Positions 47,701 through 55,732 of a stretch of 64,000 nt of DNA are shown piece after piece. A model generated the notes under the pieces. That model saw only the letters and a list, made by a program, of their open reading frames with translations, did not search any database and was not told where the DNA came from. The position numbers and the translations under genes were made by a program. The stretch's first letter is position 1. Each line of letters begins with the position of its first letter. The stretch lies in contig OX337235.1 of assembly GCA_946965045.2 (NCBI GenBank), forward strand, positions 558,001 to 622,000, read 5' to 3'. The DNA is from Epithemia pelagica (Eukaryota; Protista; Bacillariophyta).

Positions 47701-48778
47701 CTTGCGGCACTTCTTCTTCGTTTGGTATCACATGCACCACTTTTTCCGTATCGAATAAAAAATCTGTCGTCAATGGCGTGTCTCGATGTGGAAAGTATTG
47801 CTCGTTGTGTTCGTCATCCATGTCCGTCCGGTCCTCGAGACTCCCTTCATCGTCACTTGTTCTTGGTACGTTGTCTTCCTGTGTGGCGTCGTCATCGTTT
47901 TCGATCACATTTGCCTCACTAACAATCGGTGGATTGTTGTCATCTTCACAGATTTTACAACAAAAGCTTTGGTAGTGGGTCATTCCGGTGGCCGTGGAGA
48001 ACTCTCCCACATTGGTGCCTCGCCGATTCAACGGAATCGTTCGTTTGCTCGTTCCTTGGTTCCATTCCAGGGTAATTGTGTCATCAGTGGTGATACATCG
48101 GGTGCCATGCGGCTTCGGTCGGTGATCTCGTGCCACTTGTGCCCAGTGTTGCGGGGAAAGGAGTCGATGTGACGTGGATGGAATATAGAATGACCCGGGG
48201 AGCACAATGCGGTATACTTGCCCATCGTCGTCTTCAATGTCCCATTTGATCGTCGTGGAGTACACCTCGGTCTTGTATAATCCAGCAATTCCCTTTATTT
48301 TGCGTTGAATTGGTGTTGGAGATGTCAGGCAATCGGTGATATCGTGGGTGATTGATGCTGTGGCACAGTTGTCGATGAAGAGAGGTTTGCTGTCCGAGTC
48401 AAATCGGACCGAATGCGCCTTGACCAGTTTGCTTGCCACCGGAGCTGCAAGTATCGTGGTCATGCACAGTCCTTTCATGAGGCTCGAGTTCCACTGTTTT
48501 CGTCGTCTCCTGGTTGCTGGCGATCTTGGCCTTGGTCTATATCTGGGTGGTGGAATGGCTGCATCAAGTATTGCCAGGCTGTTGGCCATCATGGTTGCTA
48601 TCGTGATCCATAAATAGTCGATCCATCTTGCATTCGTGGCTGGAGCAGTAGTAGTTGGAGCTTCATCATCATAACCTACTAGGACATACAAGTAAAGAGT
48701 TGTAGTCGCTAGTAAGATATAGATGAGCTGTTCGAAAGTCTTGGTGAACAGCCCGAGGAGTGACCTCGGGTCTGGTTG
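44744..48778 (-). CDS. pol: Copia pol (protease, integrase, reverse transcriptase, RNase H), in frame with gag after a single TGA
   Basis: Protease LFIDNCAT. Integrase HHRLGH/CTAC and SVDQL...HADNG...AERRI. RT KSRLAFDG, YYGQKQA, LYTDD. RNase H YADADF, TTEAE, EDNNGA, ADIFTKAL. The frame is open from 48778 onward. Confidence 0.95.
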   Translation of the reverse strand, partial: QPDPRSLLGLFTKTFEQLIYILLATTTLYLYVLVGYDDEAPTTTAPATNARWIDYLWITIATMMANSLAILDAAIPPPRYRPRPRSPATRRRRKQWNSSLMKGLCMTTILAAPVASKLVKAHSVRFDSDSKPLFIDNCATASITHDITDCLTSPTPIQRKIKGIAGLYKTEVYSTTIKWDIEDDDGQVYRIVLPGSFYIPSTSHRLLSPQHWAQVARDHRPKPHGTRCITTDDTITLEWNQGTSKRTIPLNRRGTNVGEFSTATGMTHYQSFCCKICEDDNNPPIVSEANVIENDDDATQEDNVPRTSDDEGSLEDRTDMDDEHNEQYFPHRDTPLTTDFLFDTEKVVHVIPNEEEVPQESPTAELLRIHHRLGHLSMAKIQTMARQGALPRRLGSCAVPACTACLYGKATKKPWRVKGSQGTLDTMTRPGQCVSVDQLISNTPGYIAHMRGTPTRERYRVATVFVDHFSGIGYVHLQRSTSATDTSEAKERFESWAETHGVAIQHYHADNGIFADNEFRKAVASKGQRLTFSGVNAHFQSGMAERRIRDLQDSARTMLLHAHRRWPTAITTNLWPYAVRYASDMFNEAPLKKHKDKTPIELFSGSPVRFNIRNAHTFGCPSYVLDNELQAGKGLPKWSERSRVGIFLGYSAQHARTVGLILSLSSGLSSPQFHVHYDDNFETIRRSFGEAQPISYWQQRAGFSKQTSGTARPKRAKAINLDAPMREVDNNEEIVDQDQATPTRDDEGDAVPNIPVHEGAGLRRSQREPRPTTRYQEYMAELGDDLNPLGELAIALPGIVSMTAQAQKNPDVMYWHEAMQQPDRHEFIKAAQKEVRDHTENGLWEIVRRKDIPPGSYITRAVWSCMRKRRLETGEIYKWKSRLAFDGSGQTKGVNYWETYAPVVQWPVVRYVLTAALAQGWAIKQVDYVLAYTQAMAETDMYMEAPKAFTFDTKGEQKAEDYVLKIRRNYYGQKQAARVWNKHLVQQLEKAGFTQSSHDECLFYHGQSIYILYTDDSILTGPDPEELNRIIAKLEEIGLKMTYEDGVEDFLGVHITKQESGMHLSQTRLIDSILDDLRLPEDAQGKDIPAASTVKMRSDDDGDPFDGHFHYRSVIGKLNFLEKSTRPDISYAVHQCARFAANPKQIHGRAVKQIGRYLASTRTLGILLNPQEDANFDVYADADFCGNFNKTDMPRTDMARSRTGYIIFYGGCPIVWASKLQTEIALSTTEAEIISLSTSLRTVIPLMHITKEMKTRGYKVISTQPRVHCRAFEDNNGAFELATVHKYRPRTRYLCTKLFHFKEYVEQKLITILPCDTELQTADIFTKALDKDTFERHRKSIMGW

Positions 48779-50038
48779 TCATTCTTCATCCGAGGACTCT
48801 TCTTGGGCAGGGAGATCAGCCAAGGCATTTGCCAAACGGAGTGCCGGGGTGGTTCCTTCTTTTCCCGTATCCGGGTGCGCTGCGTCATATGCTTTCTTCT
48901 TGTCTCCAGTCAATCCGCGTCCGTTGCAAGTGGCTGAGGTATGGTTCTTGTTGAGAGACCATTTCTCGTGCCACTTGCACCAATAGTAGGTCTTGCCGTT
49001 CACCTCTTTCACTTCTGGACCTCCCTCAGGCGGACCAGTGGTTTGCCAAGCTTCTTTGAGTCCCTCTTTGTCCTTAGTCTGTTTAGCCTTGCCGGTCTTG
49101 TTGTTGCTACCAGTGCTACCTTCATTGCTTTGTGCAGAACGTCCCTTCGCCATGCGTTTCACCTGGGCCTCAAGGGCAATAATCTTCTGGTCGCGCTCCG
49201 ATAGGGATTGCCATTTCTTGGCTTCCACTAGTGCCTGGTACTTAAGCCGTGCCCAATCCATGAGTTGCGTGGGAGTTAGGTTCGGCAAATCTCCTTCTTC
49301 GTATGCGTTCTTGCGACGCCTGATCATTTCCAGAAAGTTCTCGTCATTCACCGTTTCATATGCCTTGAATAGGTTCGGGAGGAGGTCGAGGGTCCGTTCC
49401 CCACGTGCACTTAGGCCCTGCAATGTTTCTTTCACGTACGAATTGAACTTGATAATGTCTCCGTTGAAGTCTGCGATATGGATGTGAAGGTCCGACAGAC
49501 GCTGGCGTAGCACCATTACGGTCGCTTCGGTATCCACATAAGCCAAGGAAATGATGACCTTGAGGAGCAACGGCCCGACACCCTTGTTATCCACTATGAA
49601 TTCGTCGCGTCGGAGATTGACTTGTGCCCTCGCTTCTTCGTTTAACGATGCCATGAGACACATGTAGGACATGTAGGAGTTCTGCGTGATGCGATTCTGT
49701 CCGAGGAAGCTGTCCACGTAGTTGCGCACTTGTCGAAGGGAAACTCGTCCGTAGGCTTGAGTAAGGAGATGAGTAGGAGCAGCTGGAGGAGCTGGTCCTG
49801 CTGCAGGAGGGACCACGATATGTTCCGGAATGGAGAATGTGCTAGTCCAAGATTGCTCGACGATGCGATCTTGAAACGAATCGAGGAAAAGCTTGAGTCC
49901 CTCCGCATGGAGATCGTAGAGATCTCCGCCCTCAAAAAGTCCTGTCGTCGCTTGCTTGTATAACTTCGAGCCTGCCGCGGTCGTAAAGTTGATTACGTTG
50001 TTCGCGTTGGCGTTGGCGGGAGAGATTGCAAAAGCCAT
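48779..50038 (-). CDS. gag: Copia gag, 419 aa
   Basis: Lies just 3' of the 5' LTR and PBS. Contains the C-terminal WCKWH...NHTSATC zinc-knuckle variant typical of diatom Copia gag. Confidence 0.9.
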   Translation of the reverse strand: MAFAISPANANANNVINFTTAAGSKLYKQATTGLFEGGDLYDLHAEGLKLFLDSFQDRIVEQSWTSTFSIPEHIVVPPAAGPAPPAAPTHLLTQAYGRVSLRQVRNYVDSFLGQNRITQNSYMSYMCLMASLNEEARAQVNLRRDEFIVDNKGVGPLLLKVIISLAYVDTEATVMVLRQRLSDLHIHIADFNGDIIKFNSYVKETLQGLSARGERTLDLLPNLFKAYETVNDENFLEMIRRRKNAYEEGDLPNLTPTQLMDWARLKYQALVEAKKWQSLSERDQKIIALEAQVKRMAKGRSAQSNEGSTGSNNKTGKAKQTKDKEGLKEAWQTTGPPEGGPEVKEVNGKTYYWCKWHEKWSLNKNHTSATCNGRGLTGDKKKAYDAAHPDTGKEGTTPALRLANALADLPAQEESSDEE

Positions 50039-50046
50039 GGTCGACG

Positions 50047-50081
50047 ATCAGAGATGCTGTTTACAGCGCAGAGGAAGCGTG
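50047..50081 (-). other. Putative split primer-binding site complementary to the 5' end of initiator tRNA-Met
   Basis: The plus strand reads ATCAGAG-ATGCTGTTTACA-GCGCAGAGGAAGCGTG, versus the plant-type tRNAi-Met 5' end ATCAGAG-TG-GCGCAGCGGAAGCGTG (recalled, not looked up). There is no canonical TGG-start PBS. Confidence 0.6.
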
Positions 50082-50535
50082 TTGTTTTTCACTACTGTCG
50101 AGTAACGAAAAAGAGCTCTTTTGCAAAAATTGTGTGTTTCTAGATTATCGTGTGCAAGCTATGAATCGCTCCTGCTCATGCGTTGAGCGTTGACTCGTAG
50201 ATTGGTGCGTTGATCGACCAAATTGGCGGTCCCAATTGTTTATAGACGACCTTGCTGCCTCTTCTGAGATTCGTGGCTCCCTAAGTGGCGTCCGCTTACT
50301 TAGGAGCCAGTACCGTTATTGCTCTGGCCATGGGAGTCGTTGTTTAGAGTGGCATGAGTGTTACATAGCCGTCGTCCAAATCCCATGTTGAGATGCGTCG
50401 TTCGTCTTTGTGGATTTGTGATTTGTGAGAGGCGGCGGTTCAATGATGCGTTGGGCGTGTTGTGTCATGGGAATTCTGTCTCTGTCCCCCATTGTCCCCA
50501 CGTGTAGTTATGCCCTTGCGTACAGTATTTGAACA
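50080..50535 (-). repeat. 5' LTR of the Copia element
   Basis: Direct repeat of 44252-44707. Confidence 0.95.
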
Positions 50536-51339
50536 CAATACCCGCACAACAATGCACCATTTGGATGGTTCGAGGGTGTGTGTTTTGGGTGCAATGCAAA
50601 CCGCTATTCTCCTTCTCCTCGTTTCGTTTCCGAGAGTATCGGATGATTTTATCAGAAAATCGTCCGTGTCAACTCCTCATACGATTTGTTCTGCCAGATC
50701 TCTACATACGCCATGGTCGTCGCCAATCAAAAAATGAGGGCGAGCCGGCGATCGATGGGTTTTCGCGACTGATCAGCGGTCGTCTCATCATACAGACGAT
50801 GAAAAGCTACCATAGCACGTACTCCTTGTGCTAGGTAGGAGTAGTTTGGAAAGCGAGTTGTGTTACCTTTGCTGTCGTAACACAAATGATAGATTCAATC
50901 CAGTGGTGCATGAGTAGGAAGTAGGAATCGACCAAGTGTCCGTCTGGACGATTCACAACCGCCCATGGATGGCGGCCACGGCGATCACGCTCAATGTCCA
51001 AAGGAAAATGATCCATAGAGCAAAGAAAGGCCTGTTTCGTAAACGCTGCTAGCCGTGGAGAATCCCTCGAAAACGGTGTGTGGTATGTACACACGCTATA
51101 AGTTGGGTCCTTGTCACACAACTGCAACAGCAGACGGAGCACTATTGGTAGCGTTCTGGCACGAATGGAACAGCAATGATTGGCCACCAACACGGCGACT
51201 CTCGAAGCTGCGCTAAACAGATGTCATTAGGAACTTGCCGTCAGAGACGGCTTTTGAATTTGTCCATCCAAGAGTATCGTTGCAATGACATCTATCCAAT
51301 CATAGGGTAGTAACTATAGACACCCTAGACACCCGCTAA

Positions 51340-52447
51340 GGCTATCTCCACCCGAGCGCCGCTATGCTGACGTATTGGGGCTTTCTGATTGGCCTCGCTA
51401 TCCGGATAGCGGATTAGCGGAGCCAAAGGGAAATAAATAGAGGTTGGACCCGCGAGCTCAAATCGATGCGGGTAGGTTACCCGCGCATCCCAGCCTTTGC
51501 GGCTCCAAGTACCCGCGTGTTCCGCAGTTCCGCACTACTATCGGATTTTATGTACTCTGCACAAATGTGACGTACGGGCGGTCAGACCTAGAGAGGACCA
51601 AATCGCTGCACCCCGCCTTTACTGTGCGTAGGTGCGAGTAGTGCGGATCGGAACCGCCAGTCTCTTTCGTTGCGGTTCCAGGGATCAGCACCGCTGATCC
51701 GCGGATCCGATCCGCAGCACCGCGGTGCGGGTCCAACCTCTTGAAATAAACTCCACGATCTCCGTTAAAAGAACGCCGCTATCTCGCGTTGCGCGTACGC
51801 ATTGCGCATATGCCCTCTCTTGTTTCGGTTAAAAAGGTGCCCGGCGTGCGGCCGCGGAAGTTGCGGAATTCAAATAAGACAATCAACGAGAGCACAAAGC
51901 ATAAACCAAAGATGGAGGACTCGTTGTTCTCCCTCTTCATTGTTGACTGTCATGGTGAATCATGTTGTTGTTCATGGCCAATGTAGATGTAGGTTGTAGG
52001 TTGCAGTCCAATCGTCCTATTGTATTCCCTGTCCGATTTCCGATTGATTGTCTGATAATCGAACACATCAATAGTTTGAATGATGCGTTTGTTTGATTGT
52101 TGCATTCCTTCCGATCCGTGATCCTCGAATCATCTTGCTGTGCATGGTTCTTATCCCATTGTAGGAAGTAGGGAACACAACAATGGAAAAAGAGATGGTA
52201 AGCGATCGTCACAAATCAATACGTGCCATTGCCATGTTTTCGACACGAGAGATACTGTAGGCAGCAGACGTTAATTTATATTTATGCCGACGGTTATATT
52301 TTGCTCCGCTATCCGCTATTTTCCCCGCTATTCGGGGCTCCAAATAGCGGCAAAAATAGCGGATAGTGGAGCTGTTTAGCGGTTAGAGGAGATGGTGGAG
52401 TTCGATAGCGGTTTTTGGACCTTTAGCGGCCCCGGGTGGAGATAGCC
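51340..52447. mobile_element. Non-autonomous PIF/Harbinger-type element
   Basis: Perfect 15-bp TIRs GGCTATCTCCACCCG (51340-51354) and CGGGTGGAGATAGCC (52433-52447). TAA on both flanks. Many subterminal CCGCTA/TAGCGG motifs. Confidence 0.88.
51438..51742. mobile_element. hAT-type MITE (305 bp) nested in the Harbinger element
   Basis: TIRs AGAGGTTGGACCCGC and GCGGGTCCAACCTCT (terminal base mismatched). 8-bp TSD GAAATAAA at 51430-51437 and 51743-51750. Confidence 0.85.
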
Positions 52448-52694
52448 TAAGTTACAAGATTGAGGGCCATCTTGTGGGGGAGAGAATGGTAGACTACCCC
52501 CCCCCGCTCTGACCATCGTCCGTCTTTGGCGCCGGACCAAAATTTCTTTCAAATTTTTTGGTGAACTGTGCCGCCCATTTTGGCCACACCACCCAACTTT
52601 CGACGCACCTCTGCTTTCTATATCTATATGGCATGTCGTGGAAACTCCAAATGCCAGTGTCACAACCCCAACAGCGAGAGTATCTATTCGTAGG

Positions 52695-55299
52695 ATGAGG
52701 AAGGTTTCGGTGGGTGCAACGAGCAGCACGAGCAGGAAGCAGAGGTTGGTGTTCTTGTTCTTGTCGTGGTCCGTGTTGCCGGAAAATGTGGTTGGGTCGT
52801 CTTCCTTTGTTTTGGATGGTTCCGACTATACGGAGGACAGCATTTGCATCCCTCCTCCTTCCACCCTTGCTCGTCCAAAAGAGGAGGAGGAGGACGAGGC
52901 ACAAGCAGCAATCCTGGCACACCTGCTTCATCGGCAAAACAACGATACCTTGGACGAGGACTACCAGGAAAGAACCAACAGCACAAGCACAATCGATCCA
53001 CTACTACCATCACGCAAGGAGGACGACTCGTGTGGCGTGTATTTTGCCACGTCGACCATTGCCGGTGGCAAGGCGGGCAATGGCATTTTTGCCGGCAAGG
53101 CCTTTGCGGAAGGTGACTTGGTGACACCGGGAGATTTGGCCGTCTTGTTGACCGATTTGGAATTTCATCATCCCTGGCAGACGCGAACCAACAAGTTTTT
53201 GTGGGAAGAGTACGTATATATATATAGAGAGAGAGAGGAATGAGAGATGGTGTGCTTTTGTACAAACAAACATGGGGCTCGTGTTGGCGCATGTCTCACA
53301 ACAAGAGGTCTTTTTGGTTCTTGTTTCGTGTGGTTCGGTTTTGGTTGTGGGCACAGATATGTGTGGGAAAGCCACAAGGATGAGGCCACCATGGCGGATA
53401 TGGCCATTTTTGGAATTGGAGCAGCGGTCAATTGCGATCATGGTTTGGTCAATGTCGATCGATCCAGTCCGGAAACCACCTGGTCCGAACGCATCACGGG
53501 TGGACAGGAGCATCCGGGAGCGGGAGCTTCCACCGTCTACCACAATGTCTATGGCTTTGCCACGCAAGACATCCAACCGGGGTACGTCGTACGTGTGTCG
53601 TGATGCAAAACGACAAGACTCCAAGAAACGATTTGTGTGATTTTGTGTGTGTGTGTCTCACGAGTTTGGTGGTCTGTTGCTGTTGGTATGATTGGTATGC
53701 GTTTTTGATTCTTTGTTGTTAATCTATAGCATGGAACTCTTTTTGGATTATGGAGAAGATTACTTTTCCTCGAGGGATCATTACAACGCTCCCTCGGCTC
53801 CCCACTTTGAAAAGGGCACCAAGCTGCTCCAATCCTTTGCCACTCTGCGAGACTCGGTAGTGGGAAGAACCACCATCAGCAACAACAACAACAACAAGAC
53901 CAGCACCACAACCAATAGTACTACCGCAGAACAAACACCGGCATGGGTCCAAGACTTGTATCGTTTTGTCAAGGAGGAGGTTCCCTCCCTTTGGGAGGAT
54001 GGCACTGCGACCATTGCCACCTTACCGGATGAAGTGGAACGAGTCGATGACATTTTGGAGTCCAAGGATATTGGACGAGCTCATGTCCACAAGAGTATTC
54101 GGTCTGTGGAGTGGCTCCACCAACATGGGAGTTGTGCCGATCACTTGCAAGCGCAACCCAGCACTCTACCACATGCCGGACGAGGGGCCTTTACCCGTCG
54201 GCCCATTGCCCAGGGAGAAACCGTGGCACCCGTTCCCCTGATTCACATTGCCCATCGATCCATTTTTGTCATGTACGAAACCTTGAACGTGACTCATCAT
54301 CAATATGGATATCCCATGAGCAAAAGCGACGAGAAAAAACGAAGACGAAAGCTGTTCCTAGGACAGGGCAAAGAACCCGCCCATCAGCAATTGCTTCTCA
54401 ATTACTGTTTTGGTCATGCCGAGACAGACATTCTGCTCTGCCCCTACGGCATTGGTACAGCCCTCATTAACCATTCGCCCGAACATGACAAGGCCAATGT
54501 GAAAATGGTTTGGAGTACCAAACACACGACGCATCCGGAATGGTTTGATCAACATCCCCGGAAATGGGCCAATCATATCGGTGCCGGTTTGGCCTGGGAA
54601 TTTGTGGCGACTCGCGATTTGGCTGCGGGAGAAGAAGTGTTGATTGATTATGGCCACGAATGGGACGAGGCTTGGTCGAATCATGTCGCTTCTTGGTCGT
54701 CCCAGTCGTCTTTGTCGTCGTCGTGCCGCCCGTTGAGTGCGCACTATTTGAATGAAGAACGGGACCAGTGGATTCTTCCCACCTGGTCGGAAGGGTATGA
54801 CTCCTTTTCCTTGCTCAATTCCAAACAACACACGCAGGACCCTGCCGTTTGCGACTCTCCACCACCACAAGCCTTTCCCAAAATTCGTTGTCATGATGTG
54901 TATTTGGATATGGCAGGCTTGTCCGAGTATTCCTTTGCTCGATGGAGAGCGACATATCCCTGTCGACCTGTGGATCGGTACCTGGATGAGGACACGGGCA
55001 CTGTCTTGTACACGGTGGAGTTGTATTCCTTGAATCAAAATTTGTTGGACAAGGAGGACGAGGACGAAGAAGAACAAGAAGAGGAAGACGATGAGGAGGA
55101 CGACGAGGAGGATCCACCGCAATGTGAAGAATTCTTTGAAGGTATCATGTTTAACGTACCAGGAGATGTGTTCCACTTTGTGGATCGTCCCTATACCAGT
55201 GATGCCTCGCAACCCTGGTCCTTTCGACATGACATGAGAATTCCAGATCATCTTCTTCCTTCCGCGTGGACAAGAAGAAACGATGCGCAAACCAACTAA
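52695..55299 (+). CDS. Tandem SET-like domain protein, 3 exons (52695-53209, 53357-53581, 53730-55299), about 769 aa
   Basis: GT-AG introns 53210-53356 and 53582-53729 give in-frame WEEYVW and QPGMELFLDYG. SET motifs STIAGGKAGNGIFA...AVNC...ELFLDYG and STLPHAGRGAF...INHS...ATRDLAAGEEVLIDYG. Confidence 0.85.
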
Positions 55300-55732
55300 A
55301 ACACGAATGATATATCCACAGTATGAATGATTGTGAATCGACAATCCTTGTGATTTCGCTAGGACAATGAGGATGACAGCTACTATACAAGCATGTGACT
55401 TCTTGGAGATGCTAGCGTCCGTTCTCCGATGCACATAGAGTTAGGAGTAGGAGTTCAAATCTAGCAGGTGCTTTGGACGTTTGTCGGACCGATCAAGAGA
55501 TTGGAGTTAGCTCGTTCGTCACACTCTCTATTAGTCGAGTAAAGAGTACGATAATGGTCGAGACAACGTTCCAAGTCAATAATTCTAGAGGGGTATGTTG
55601 ATCACTTTGCAATCCATGGAAACTCAACATCGCGTCAAAGATCGGGCATAGAGCTATCAAAGCTATCTGTCCTTCGAAATGGTTCGAGAAAAGCGAGTAC
55701 GACGCTCAGACCCCCGAAGCGTTATTGCCACG

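Larger units (their letters stand above)
44252..50535 (-). mobile_element. Full-length Ty1/copia LTR retrotransposon (CoDi-like), 6284 bp, recent insertion
   Basis: Two 456-bp LTRs with TG...CA ends and one difference seen by eye. Flanked by CAATAC direct repeats. Domain order gag, PR, IN, RT, RH. PPT GTGAGGGAG next to the 3' LTR. Confidence 0.97.

Noticed and set aside
51858-51870. AAGTTGCGGAATT shared with the junction palindrome at 61507-61519
   Set aside because: A single 13-bp match with unrelated flanks; chance cannot be excluded.
54358-55434. 358-aa minus-strand ORF with a hydrophobic stretch
   Set aside because: Antisense to exon 3 of the SET-like gene; the hydrophobic run is the complement of its Glu/Asp tract.
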